Shown here in pieces: positions 1 through 13,406 of a stretch of DNA of 64,000 nt. The notes beneath the pieces were generated by a model. That model did not search any database. It was given only the letters and a program-made list of their open reading frames with translations, and had not been told where the DNA came from. The first letter of the stretch is position 1. Every line of letters starts with the position of its first letter. The position numbers and the translations under genes are program-made. The stretch is from Mobula hypostoma. Lineage: Eukaryota. The stretch is from positions 22,878,001-22,942,000 of the forward strand of contig NC_086106.1 in assembly GCF_963921235.1 (NCBI RefSeq). The letters run 5' to 3'.

Positions 1-2432
1 TATTAAAGTGCCAGAGTTATTAAATGACAGTATACAAGATCTCTGCCCCATCATTTCATTTGCATGAAATCATAGTTTATGCCATCGATTGCCAGACTTT
101 CAGGAAAGGAATTCGGGACATAAGTCTAAAATCCTCTCAGATGGGACAAATTTCTACATTAATAAACTGGAAGAACAAACTGGAGATGTTAATTTTTATC
201 CGTTCGCCAGTGATAAATTGAACTCGAAGACGTTGCATTGAATCGATTGTGTTTGAAGTAGTAACTATTTGAGAAGGAAGTACGTCAACTTGATTTATAA
301 TAAATAAATAATAGTAATCATTTTCTTGAACTTGTCTGCAGAATACTGCTGAGATCTCTTTCAGATGATGATCTACGGCTGTGAATCATTTACCCATATA
401 ACACCGGCAACAGTGATAAATAGATTGGACTGTACGGCACCTTTCCCAGGAAACCTGAAGGAAAGCAGCGTCGAACCGAGATTCAATTAATCATCACCAA
501 GATCACCGATGCTGCAATCTGCAGGATTTTTGTGTTGAATTCCTGCTTCTATTTTCAGTTTTATTTTTTTTAAATGAAAGACGCCACCGTCAGTTGCATT
601 AATGACAAATATCTGAATGGACGGAACATGACTACAATGTCACTAACAATTGGAATGCATAGAATGGCGCACTACTGATTTCTGTTCTGACAGAAAAAAA
701 AAAACATTAACCTAATTCAAACGAAGTCGCGGTTATCGGGGAGTGTGTGCCAGGTTTCGAGTTTACTTAATGAGAGACACACACATACCACGTATTTGCG
801 TAAAAGACGTGTGCAGTTCATGCATATGCATATAAACGTTAATGTATTAATTTATCGAAACAGAATGCTTAAGGAAAGTGTGTACATACACATTATTACT
901 GAAATATTATTCAAATATGAAATATACAGCACGACAAGTTTGAAAATTTCACGGCAGCATTTACTGCACCCGGCCACGGCCTTCGGGTACGGGATATTTT
1001 GCTACAGTGACCTTCTACAAACATTTTTGCTTAGGGTGCGACTAGTACGGAGATCTTTTATTGTTACTGACCATAACGGCGTTAAGGATTGGGGGACTAC
1101 ACTTCAATTCGAGCGTGTATTAGCAATTTTCAGAAGGAAACCAAGAGATTGCGAAGTTTTATTCCTGGATCAAATAACGATTAAAACCGTGGTACATGGA
1201 ATATAATATTAATAAACGCGACGTCCTTTACAGCAGACGGAAAAAAATATACATAATTTGGTTTGAGAGGAACTCAGATATATGGCAGTGTAATTGACCT
1301 CAGAGCCAGTCGTCGAACTCGAATTACTCCATCAGAACAACAAGGAATTAGGAAAATATGATGAAGTGCAGACCTGAATTTGAAGAAACTAGTGTAACTT
1401 CGAGTCACCTCTAAAGGGTGCTCACGCGATAACCCCACTGATTTTAATCACCACATTTAAAAAATATATATATTGAAATATGGAAAAAAAATCGTAAGGT
1501 TATTCTGTGCGATAACTGTATTATGTACATACAGGAAGTCGAATGTTATAATTATTCCGAAAATTTGATAAAATATGTACATATTTGACAGGAGGTTACT
1601 GAAACATACTGACTGTCGTTGTTCTAGATCTTGGATTTCATTGAAGGTGTTTGTGCTTGTTTTGACATCTTGCTCTAAGGAAAATATCAATTTTAACAGT
1701 TGCGGATTTTATTTCCAACACCTAAATGAGCAAGGACATATTCATCCATGGCCCTGTGACTATTTAGGTCAGAAACACGTGGAGGCACAGTCCATAAAAT
1801 TACATTCAAATCGTAATCTGAACATTTTTTTAAGGTTCAGTCCATTCAAGGAGCATGTGTCAGAAAAAAGAGGGAGTTAGGGATAAGATTGAATTTTATT
1901 TAACAAGTTAGCAGATGTGACAGGCCTATTCGCCTAACATTACCGTCATTCATCATTTCAATACAGTTAAAGAAAGACTAATTTTGGAGAGAGTCCAAGA
2001 AAGAAGTTCAAAAAAATGTCCCTGAATAATTGTTATTTTATACAATGTAAGTGTTTCGGTCATTTTCTGCGGAAGACAAAAAATGTGCAAACATATAAAG
2101 AAACGATTAGATAGAATGGATATAGTCTGCTTCCCAATAGTTACTCGTCTGCTCTGTCCATGCGCCGGGACTTGTTTCATTCAAGACGAGCTCTGAGTCC
2201 AAATGTAAAGGAGACAATTTCACCGGGACGTCTCGCACCATGAATTACAGAACGACCTCAACAAATAAGTAGGAAAACAAAATAGTTAAATTGATTGAAC
2301 ACAATGATCTTTGCAAAATTACTTCTTGCTTCAATACAATAAATAAAAACAGCAAGAGGCCGTATTGTCATGCTCCGGTCCGTGAAGTCCGCATTCCGGT
2401 TCACGGTTCGTACCATCGATCCGTATTCCAAG

Positions 2433-3113
2433 TGAGGCAACTCTCTACTTGTGAGTCTATTGGGGTCGTCTATCGCATCCGGTGCTCCCGGTGCAGCCTC
2501 CTCTACATCAGTGAAACCCGACGCATATTGGGGGACCGTTTCGTCGAGCACCCCCGATCCGACCGCCACAACATACAGGATCTCCCGGTTGCCACCCACT
2601 TCAACTCTGCTTCACATTCCCCTTCTGCTTTGCCCGTACATAGCCTCCTCTGCTGGCATGATGAGGCTAAACTCAGGTTGGAGGAAGAACACATCATATA
2701 CCGTCTGGGTAGTCTCCAGCCCCTTGGTACGAACATTCAATTTTCCAGCTTCCGGTACTTCTATCCCCCTCCATTCCCCATTCCAGTTTCACTCTGCTCT
2801 TTCTCCCAGCTGCCTATAACCACCCTCATGGTTCGGACTCCTTCCACTACCTATCGTGCTTCCCCCTATTCCTTCTTCACCATTACTGCCTTTCCCCTTC
2901 CTGCTTCCCCTCCACAATCCCTTTATCTTGTCTTCTACTGAATTTTCATCTGGCACCTAACTGCGTTTTCCTTCCCACCCTCGCCCTACTTTCTTAATAG
3001 AGACTCTGCCCTTTCCCTCTTCAGTCCTGAGGAAGGTTTCCGGCCCGAAACATTGACTGATGTTTTCCACTGATGCTGCCCGACCTGCTGAGTTCCTCTA
3101 GCGTGTTGTGAGT
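2433..3113 (+). mobile_element. Penelope-like element 3' fragment (GIY-YIG endonuclease region plus terminal repeat)
   Basis: Translation contains GVVYRIRCSRCSLLYISETRRILGDRFVEH...VATHFN...RLEEEHIIYRLGSLQP (GIY-YIG type). It is flanked by GATCCGTATTCCAAG / GATCCATACTCCAGG, a candidate target-site duplication. Confidence 0.8.
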
Positions 3114-3568
3114 GATCCATACTCCAGGTTTCCCGGTTTTCTCTTGTCCTATGTGTGCCTTAATTGAGGGACATAATTCTCATATTGGGCAGGCTACATA
3201 TCCAGCTCCTAGGTTCAGATTCAGTGGCTGGTCTGTTCACTCCCTTTTCCCTTCCTTCTGAAACCTCGCCTGAAGCCTGGCCTGCTACCTTTCGCCTGAA
3301 GCCTCGCCTGCGTCCATATCTTTTCTAGCCGCCAAGGTCTACAACCGGAGCAAGACCGGAGGCTCGCCCCATCTAGATAAGGAAATGTCTGTCGTTGTTT
3401 GGAACTGTCTCTGTGTCCAAGCTTTCGCTAGGTAGGTCCAGCCGTTTGCTGCAACCCTGTGTCTGGAACTGTCTCTCTGTTGTCTGTGTATGAATTGCGG
3501 CACTACCTCCTGTACCCAAGGAGGGCTCCCGGCTCTGTATTCATCTTCCTGTCTCCGAGGACGGACGT

Positions 3569-3746
3569 TCTGTGTTCTGCTTTCCTGTCTCCCAAGACCA
3601 AGGTTCTGTGTTCTGCGATCCTGTCTCCAGAGACCAAGGCTCTGTGTTCTGTGTTCTTGTCTCCCAAGACCAAGGCTCTGTGTTCTGCGATCCTGTCTCC
3701 CAAGACCAAGGCTCTGTGTTCTGCATTCCTATCTCCTAAGACCAAG
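3569..3746 (+). repeat. 36-bp minisatellite, about 5 units
   Basis: Unit CTGTGTTCTGCGATCCTGTCTCCCAAGACCAAGGCT. It explains the LCSAILSPKTKA repeat ORFs. Confidence 0.9.
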
Positions 3747-4189
3747 TCAAGCCTTCGGGGTCTCGTCCTGTCCTTGTTCCTCGCCCAACACAGGAGTACC
3801 TCGTCTTGTCCAAACCACATCCAAGTACCTCGGCTAATGCAAGCCAAGGCAGTTCGATCTCCTCCTGTGCAGGGGATCCACGTCTAGTCCTGTGGCCATG
3901 TCCAGTCCCGTAGCCTAGACAGGTCCACCTGTCAACGTTTTTTTTTCGAATGTTAGATTTCATATTCAATTTGATGTCCTTGAACGTGAAAGTTTGCAAA
4001 TGAATTGCTGTCCTTTCTCTAAAGCAAAGAAAAACAGATTGTTGCGTGCACAGCCAGTCATTTAGCACGTGTGTAGGCAAATTATCTTTGACATGCCATA
4101 TTTAACAGCAGCTTCCTTCACCAAACCCTGTTCCGCTCCTTATTCGAGCACTTTTTTTTTTCCGCTGGAATTTTCCATAGATTTGTTGG

Positions 4190-6600
4190 GAATTACGCTT
4201 TAATTAACTCAGGTGAGAATGCAGTCTCATGAAGGCTTGAGACTTCGTATGCAGTGTAGTTGTAAGCATCTGCTTCTTGCCGAGAACAGTTTTGCCGGAT
4301 AGGAAATCGAGAAGATAACAAATTCAGCAAGATATGCGAGGAAGCACGATGGAAATATGGAACATCTTTTGCAATCAGAGAACGTTCCCAGAAATCGCAA
4401 TTTACCGTTTCAGCATTTAATTTCAGTTGGTTACAAATGATTCTCATTTGACAAACATAGTTCGGAAGCCATTTTGCATGTGAAATGCAGCATGAAAGAT
4501 AAAAACATTCTGTGGAATCACGACAGGACAGTCTTACTACTTGTCGTTCCTCAGCCAGAAACACAGACGGATCCCGCGTGAGGCATTCACTCCTGCACAG
4601 ATACGTCAGAATCACGGATAATATAGCAGCCCCTTGTCAATCAGCCTGACAAGGCTGATCGGAGGTCAGACGATTGATGGGACGCACCAAGACGAGGGCT
4701 GCTACTGAGCGGGACCACTTCACCAGAGAGGTAACCATTTTGTCTTGTTACAACGAGACAAGGTGCAGGAAATAGCTATTTGGACCGGAAGTGTGAATGA
4801 TAGGATAATCTTCGTAAAATACGTCGCGATTAATCGAACAGAGAAGAAAAGAGGTGAAACTACGGAGCGACAGAATAGGGGAACTTTCTGACTTTCCTGA
4901 CTGTATATCTACCGGAACACTAAAGTACCGCGCCAGATTCCAGAAGGTTTCGTGGGTGCAAGCTAGATAAATCCATACGGACCGAAGGTATTTATGTCAG
5001 ACCAAATTTAATACAAGTTGTCAGGTTAGTTTGCTTTATACATTGACGAACAACCGATATTTCACTCATTTATCATTGACGACGCTCAGTGCGGATGGGA
5101 TTCGTGAGTTTCCCTCTGATAAGTAACAGGACGATGGTTACTTCTCGTTGAAGCGGGAGTTTTCGGAAGCAATTTTTGGGGTAACTGAGATTACTGACAG
5201 TCCCTAAACCTATCATGTTCAGCCTTGTATGGAGCACAGAGTGACAGGAATCCCAGACACTACCGGAATGTCCGAGGAACAGAAATTAAGTTCAGCTGAG
5301 AAGATGCGTTTTCAACCGAGGAGCCTGATGTTAGTTAATCCGGGAGTACTTGCCACACGACTGCAGCCACCGAGAGGTGTCTCGACAAGGTAGCACCACT
5401 GTTGATAAGCAAAATCGGCTTAAACTTGCCGAAGATAAATTCGGTCACGGAATAGAGGGGACTGAGCCGATGGAATACATGAGTGGTCGTCAGGGCAAGA
5501 CGCCCTCCTATAGTCGGGGATCGAAAGAGTGTTTGAAGATGTCGTACCATAGAATGGAATAGTTAGGTTTCAACGAATCAAGTGGCCCCCGGATAGTTGG
5601 GCATATGATGCAATGCGGGAACAGTGTGTTGCATCTATCATTGTGAGGTATATCACCACCATTCTCAAATGCATTGGATGTCCTGATATCACAACGTTCT
5701 TTGAAGACCGTGTTACTAAATGGTTTAATATATTTCAAACTCATGAGGACATGACTATTTTTGTTGGGGAAGAGTGCAACACCCTGGTTAAGATTTTTAC
5801 TTGTCTGTTGTAGCTATTTGATTTTGGTCGTTCTGTAGAAGCAGCTTGTTCCAGAAATAGTGCATATGAAGTAATAAATATGAGATCCCCTGCCGAGTAT
5901 TCAGCCAATGCACAGACAGACATGTGTGGGATCGTCATGTGACGATACGTAATCAACTTCGGAGTTCAATCGTAGGGTTCCTTCTATGGCAAAGACCAGT
6001 AGCATCAATGGAAACGAGTTATAGTGATTCTGACGTCAACCCTCGTAAACCAATAGAGACAGTGGTAGCTTCCGTACAGCCACGAGCCATCGCAGTTCTC
6101 TACTACTCAAACTGAACTACGGCAGATGGCGTCACAGTTGCTATACATTCCTACCAAGAAAATGTGGATAACAAAGACTCAGACATCAGATTGCTAACGA
6201 AAGCCTGTAGTTCAAAATCATAAATCTGAACAGAATTGTCAATCAGCTCCTGGAATTAAACTTCAATGACAGGCAGCTTCCCTCCCAGCAACTGACTTGA
6301 AGACCAAAATAATAAAATTATAGACTAGAGCGCCCACTGCTCATCCTCACCATCGATTTTCAATAGTACTGCGTTCCCCAATCCCTACTCTTTTCGTGGA
6401 GTTGTGGTCGATTTCTGTTGTAAATCCGTTTTCAACACTGCCGATAACACTGGCAGTGGTCCGGAACTCAACTGTCGATTGACGGGAACATGCTGGAGAT
6501 AGAGGTCAAATTGCAACCAATGGAGATAACAACCGAATAGCAATCAAGATAACAACTCGAAGGTACATAAATAAGAAGCTGATCATCAGCAACATGCCAA
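4190..6600 (+). mobile_element. Old, internally deleted Gypsy-type LTR element remnant
   Basis: A purine tract (GTTGGGGAAGAG) is followed by the LTR start TGCAACACCCTGG at 5775. The same junction motif is seen at 27043 and at 8393 (minus). Boundaries are approximate. Confidence 0.5.
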
Positions 6601-9600
6601 TATTTGTTTAAAAATTGCTCCCAAACACATTCATTCTTCGGTTTTCTCTTTGTAAGTATAGTTCAAAGTGTAATGGGCACCCAATTTAGAAGTCCTGCGG
6701 TCCCACGATCTCGACGGTTATACAGAATTTTGAAATTGCTGGAGCAGTTCAGAGCCAGGCTTTCCAAGGATGATCACGTGATGAAGCATACATTTTCGTG
6801 TCAATCCATGAAAGTAAGCAAACACAGGAATTAGACAACCTACTGGAAATAGAAACTACCAGCTTTGATGAAGTGTCGAAGAAAAAGCGAAATAATGAAG
6901 AAAGCAAGAAAAAGAAACAGAGAGCTCGATAGATCAATACATCGATAGGCAGATAAACGGATAGAAAAAAACAGAGAAAAAGTGTGGGTAGAAAGAGTGA
7001 GCGAGGGAAAGAGAGACGGTGTATTTGCGAGAGAGAAGGAGATATTTGGAACAAAGCAAAAATGCAAAGATGCACACGAACATGCTGTTGGCGAAAGACA
7101 ATGGGGATGTTTCAGTTAAATTTTCATAGTGTTTTCCTCGTTTTAGAATTCCGAGTGGTCCCCTTTGCAGTTACCATAAGATTTTATTTTCCCACTCATT
7201 TTCACCTTTTTTTTTCCTTTTTTTTTACCAGGCCGTTCACTGGTTTTGTATGTTAGACAGAATATATTGACTACGAATGAGTCCATTTACCACTGAATTG
7301 CAGAAAGCCATAAAAAAAAAAACATTCGATTCATCATCTACCAAGAAATGAGACTTCTCAAAGCCACCCTGTCTCACAAACATACGGCAGTAAACGTTGA
7401 TTAGCAATTAATTCAGCTGTTACTTCCTTAAGTCTCGACAGTTTACTCAAAGTCAAAAGTAAACACTTAATACAAACCGATCTAACCGTGCGTATAGGTC
7501 AATATTCTGTATCCAGCATACATCCCCAGCGGTTCTTTAGCACGCATCCCGACCGTAGCCCGATTGTCAGAAGTGTAGTCACAGCATTCTTGCCCATAAA
7601 AGCAAAATTGCCAGTTTCCTTGCAAGCAGCTGAGCTACAGCAATTTCCCATTACCGTCTGAACATATCATGCTGCGAAATATGTGAAACAATTTTGTCTC
7701 TGTTGTAGCCCTCGTTCTTCAAGGGACAGAAAAGCAATCTAGTTCAGGAATCTGGTTCACCAGAACCAATAGTTGGCCACACGCCTGTTAGCCTATGGGA
7801 TAAGTGTGCAGGGGCCAGACCTCCTCGCACTCCTCTGTTATTCTGTCATTGTCCGAAGGGAATTCAGTTTCCGTGTATAACTAGAAAGGAGACACTTCTT
7901 GAGGCTTGCTGTTGGAGAGGCTATATATTGCCAGGTTGAGACTTATACATTCGGCTCTCATTTTCGCCAGCGGTGGGTGTTGAAAGTGAGAACTATAAAC
8001 TCTATTCAGCCACGGTGAAGCCCGGAAGCTGCATATCCAGGAAGAGCAATTCAATGTCGTCGTGCCAACCTTCTCAGTAACTTCCGACCAGGGAACTGTT
8101 GCTGCTTGCCGTCATGGTGTCACCGACATTCATGTGGTTTATTTTCAGAGTAAGTTATTAGATCGATGAAGTTCGTAATTCATGTCGAAATATTGATCGA
8201 GAATGTAGATCAAGAGAATACAGCACATTGAAGTGTCAACCATGAAACTCACACAATCCATCTAACTAATGTTTGCATATCGTACATGAAAAATAGATTG
8301 CTTTATTTTCTACTCAACAATCTGGATCCTCCCTTCAGGATAATTTTCTTCCACTGTTTGTGCGAAAATCGACACCATTCCCAGTGTGTTAAAATCTCCC
8401 CCCACCAAATTTAGTCAAGTCCTCATGACGTTGTGATAATTTGCCAACCGTACATGCAAAGCAAAAAGTCCAATAGAGGTGAAAAAGGCAGTGACAATGC
8501 AGTCGATGAAAAACTCCGTTTCCCCGGTGCTACATAGGATAGCCTATTCGGTGGTTTCATTCGTTTAGAAATCCGTATCCCCTCATCTACTGCGTTAGGC
8601 TCCGACGTTACTTGTGATACTTCTGGTCGACCTGGCGAGGCCTTCCCCGATTTATGACTCGTGTTCTCCGGAAACTCGGAACACTTGGTTGAGCCCGGCT
8701 TTATCCCGTGCAGAGTCCCGCTGAACCAGGCTGTGCACAATTAACTCCCCCCATGCCACCTCCCCGAATTCACCTGACACCGTGAGAAAGATCAGGAATC
8801 TCTGCCTCATCAGTGGGGAGTTAGCAAAATGGAGAATATAACACAACCCCATTTACACATCCTCCCAATCGGTATCCCATTCGGAGGGTTGGGGCGGTCT
8901 AATCTCTCATGCTGTTGGTCGGTCAGACACCCCACGCCGTTGTAGATTCCACTTACTAGGTTTAATCTCCAGTTCGGGCTCTGGGTCAACCTGCTCCTCT
9001 TGTCCCAGAAGCAGATTTTGGTTCTGATCGAGAATTGTGACAGGGCGTTTCCCATCCTGGTTTCACCAGGAAAATTGGGATCTCTGGCACTTAAATCTTC
9101 ACTTCATAGGGCAGAGCCGCCCAGCGGTAAGCCAATGTATGCTTTCCAATAGCCCCAAGTTCCTTCAGAAGCTTTGGTCTCCCGGCATGACTTGGGAGTA
9201 ACTAACCTTTTGATCATACCTTCCCTTATTTCTTTGATTCTGCTTAGTATCCGCGACCTCAGCTAATTTATGAGCCTTTTTAAGCTCGCTTCACATATAA
9301 GACACATAATTAAAATAAATCTTCGTTAGTAGGTCTTCAACGTCAGATAGAAAAGAAAGGTCAATGGGCAACCTCGCCTCCGGCCCGAATATCAGATAAT
9401 ATGGCGAGTAGCTAGTATCTTCATTTAGTTTACATTTGTAACTGTGGACAATATATTTAATACATTGACCCCACCTGGTCAAAGGGCCCTGCATTCTATA
9501 AGGGGGACAACCTTGTGGCCACCGTAGGCAGCGTTTTCCTCCGTGTGTATCGAATGCAAGATTGGTAGTATTCCTCGACCTCCGGCTAATTCGGGGCCAG

Positions 9601-10409
9601 TAAAACCGTTCTTTGAGAAATCCACAGGTCTTTTAAACTCCGGAATGTCCAGATCCACCATGATGTGACTTGAACACAATTCTTCAATACTTCTCAGGCA
9701 TAATAAGTTGGGAACGGCGAAATAGATCCAATGACTACGTAACCTGGCAAGGGTTCTGGTTGTCCAACTCCAGGCTGGGCGATGCTCTCTATAAACTAGG
9801 CACTGAGGCGTGATTAGTCTCATCCGCCTGTGCCTTGTCCCCCTTCTCGTCCACTGACCAAATGGTACCGATACGTGTGTCATCTCGCTGAGTATTTGTG
9901 ACATCCCTAGGACTCAATTCAGGAAAAATGTTTTGTCTTCAGAGCAGCAAAGTTACAGTAAACTTATGCAATAGCGTCGTCATAAGCTCCGATTCTATCT
10001 AGCATTCGATCCTGCCCTTGCCTTTTGTCGCCTCTACCAGCATAGAAACTGTCATATGGCTCTCTCTCCCGAGGCGGGAACGTTCTTCTACTCTTCGTCC
10101 CAATCCAGCCATTCATGAGCATATCGGAGCAAAGCATCAGCGTCAATGTTCCTCCTTCCGGGCCAGTATTCCAGGCTGAAATCATAGGCGGACACCTCCG
10201 CCAACCACGGATGGACACTGGCATATAATTTCAAAACGTGCTCTGGATATGTTAGGGGATTGTTGTCCATCCTCACCTCAAACCTGGCAGTGGTAATGAT
10301 TCAGCTCAACCAGCACAGCCCATTTCAAAGCCAGAAACTCCAACCTCTGCATGGATAGATTTTCTCAGAATGCGACCCACTGCGGTTAACGAACGCGACA
10401 GGTTCAACA

Positions 10410-12995
10410 GTTAGAAACATAGAAAACCTAAAGCACAATACAGGCCCTCCGCCCTCAAATTTGTGCCGAACAAGTCCCTACCTTAGAAATTACTAGGGTT
10501 ACCTATAGCCCTCTATTTTTTTTTAAGACCCATGTAGCAATCCAAAAGTCCCTTAAAAGACCCTTTCGTATCCGCCTCCATCATCGTTGCCGGCAGCCCA
10601 CTCTCTGGGTAAAAAAAAACTTACCACTGCCATCTCCTCTGTACCTCCTCCCAGACACCTTAAACCTGTGCCCTCTTGTGCCAGCAATTTCAGCCCTGGG
10701 GTGGCGGGGGGGGGGGGGGGGGGAGGGAACCTCTGACAATCAACACGATCAATGCCTCTCATCGTCTTATACACCTCTATCAGGTCACCCCTCATCCTCC
10801 GTCGCTCCAAGGAAAAATGACCGAGTTCACTCAACCTGTTTTCGTAAGGTATGCTCACCAATCCAGAAAACGTCCTTGTATATCTCCTTTGCAATTTTAA
10901 TTTATACATCCTGGTTGTAGAGAGGCGACCAGAAGTGAGCATAAGTAGTACAAGTGAGGTCTGACCCGGGTCTTATATCACTGCAACATTACATTTCGAC
11001 TCCTAAGTACAATTCTACGATCGATGAGGGTCATTGCACTTTCTGCTTTTATAGGCACAGAGTTAAGCTGCGCAGCTGCTCTAAGAGTCCTACGGACTCG
11101 AACCCTAAAATTTCTCTGATCCTCCACACTGCCAATAATCTTACCATTAATACTATACACTGCCATCATCTTTGAACTACCGAAATGAACCACTTCAATC
11201 TTAATGGGGTTGAACTCTCAGCAGAGTTTTGCATCTTATAAATGTCCTGCCGTAGCGTCTGACAGCCCTCCACACTATCCAAAGCATCCCCAACTTTTGT
11301 GTCTTCAGCAAACTTACTAACCCATCCCTCCACTTCCCCATCCAGATCATTTATTAAAAAAAACACGAAGACTATGGGTCCCAGTACAGATCCCTGAGGC
11401 ACACTACTGGTCACCAACCTCCATCCAGAATATGACCTTCTACAACCACTCTTTGCCTTCTGTGTGCAAACCAGTGCTGGATCCAAAAGAATGTCCCCTT
11501 GGATCCCGTTCCTCCTTACTTTCGCAATAAGCCTTCCTTCGGGTACCTTAAGAAATAACTTGCTGAAATCCATATACACCACATCTACTAATGTTCGTTC
11601 ATCAATTTGTTCAGCCACATCCTTAAAAAATTCGATCAGATTCTTACTAGTACTAGGTACGACCTGTCCTTAACAAAGCCATGCTGACTATTCCTAATCA
11701 TATTTTATCTCCCCAAATGTTCATAAGTCCTCCCTCTCAGGACCTTCTCCATCAACTTACTAACAACTGAAGTCTCACTGGTCTATAATTTTCTGGGCGA
11801 TCGAAAGTCCCTTTCTTGAATAACGGAACAACATCTGCAACCCTCCAATCCACCGGGACCTCATTCTTCTTGACTAGATTTACTAAAGCCTTTGTACCCA
11901 CGGATCCTGTACCCTACAATAACTTCTCTGTCTCATTGCAACGTACCTGTGCAGAACTCCACACAAATAACCCGTGAATTTGTCACATTTCTTTCGTTCT
12001 TTTTCCTGAAAACATCTGTTCCCAATTTAAGCTTCCAAGTTCCTACCTGATGGCTTCATAATTCCCCTTACTCCAATTTAACGCCTTTATAACTTGTCTG
12101 TTGGAATCTCTCTCTAACGCTATTTTAAAGAGGATGGAATTATGATCACTATCTCCAAAATGTTCTCCCACTGAAAGACCTGACACCTGACCAGATTCAT
12201 TTCCCAATACCAAATCAAGTACAGTCTCTGCTATTGAAGGCTTATTTACATATTGTGTCAAGAAACCTTCCTGAACATACCTAACAAATTCCATCTCATT
12301 AAAATCGGTTGCTCCAGGGAAAAAAAAAACAGTCGATATTTGGGAAAATAATTTCTCCCACCATGACAACTCTGTTATTATTGCATGTTTCCAGGATCTG
12401 TTTATCCACCTGCTCCTCGATATCCCTGTTACTATTGTGCGGCCTATATAAAAAAAAAAGACCCAGTAGAGTTATTGTCCCCTTTCTTTTCCTAACCTCG
12501 ATCCATAGAGTCTCCAGACAACCAATTTAGGACATCCACCTTTTCTGCAGCCGTGTCAATATAGCTGATCAACAGTACCACGTCCCCTCCTCTTTTGCCT
12601 CTCTCCCTGTCCTTTCTGAAACACCTAAAACCCGGCACTTGATTTAACTATTCCCGTCTCTGAGCAATCCAAGTTTCTGTAATGGCTAACAGTTCATATC
12701 TCCAGGTCCTGCTCTACGCTCTAAGTTCTTCCGCTTTGTTCACAATATTCCTTGCTTCAAAATAGACACATCTCAAACCGTCGGTCTGACAGTATGCCTT
12801 CACTATCAGCTTCCTTCTCTCCCTCACACACTGTCTCCGAGCTTTATATATTTGTGAGCCAACCACATCTTCCCTAGTCTCTTCAGTACAATCCCTACCC
12901 TACAGCAATTCCAGTTTAAACTCTCTCCATTCGCCTTAGCAAACCTCCGCGCCAGGATATTGATACCCATGGGATTTAACTGCAACACAATGATT
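10410..12995 (-). mobile_element. 5'-truncated CR1 LINE inserted in Gypsy RNase H
   Basis: VDVVYMDFSK...SSVPQGSVLGP...KFAEDTKV and LERRRMRGDLIEVYK motifs, with a tail near 10411. Confidence 0.9.
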
Positions 12996-13406
12996 TGATC
13001 GTGACACGGGACGCCCCCCTAAGTCCTCTCTGGTGGCAACCGCATGCATTACATACGGCAATCGCGGTCTGCAAAAGCCAGCACAGACGCTTGGCACAGC
13101 AGCTCCTTTAGCGATTGAAATTCCTCTCAATATTGGGCCCCCTATCTTGGTCCACAAGGCTCTGAAGGGCTAAGGTCCGCTTTACTCTCCTCTACTTTTG
13201 CCCTCCTCCCTTTCTTCCCCTTCAGGAATCTCAGATAGGACCCAAGAAATGAGCGCAAAGCGCTCACTGTATGGGGTTTTGCCCATGAAGTCTCCGCCTC
13301 TATCTTAGACGGATCTTAACTACACCGTCCCAGAGACCATATGCCCAGCATTGCTGACACACATCTTGCAAATGTAGCACTTCTCCAGGGAAAGATTTAA
13401 ACCTTC

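Larger units (their letters stand above)
2366..3955 (+). mobile_element. Long LTR-like element (3' end degraded), interrupted by a Penelope-like fragment
   Basis: Starts TGTCATG. It shares blocks such as CCTGTACCCAAGGAGG with 13407-15383 and contains a 36-bp tandem array. Confidence 0.6.

Noticed and set aside
745-1206. 153-aa ORF, and similar isolated ORFs at 51918-52346 and 58596-59168
   Set aside because: No recognisable domain or splice context; low-complexity or antisense to decayed repeats.
1953-2265. Minus-strand GRSVIH...PGEIVSFTF...*MKQVP resembling a V start
   Set aside because: Both the Cys and Trp positions are mutated, framework 1 is too short, and there is no second Cys or RSS; compatible with chance.
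7925-8160. J-like LIFASG followed by a short C-like frame (...QGTVAACR...)
   Set aside because: No FGxG motif, no upstream RSS, a frameshift is needed, and no splice donor at the J end.
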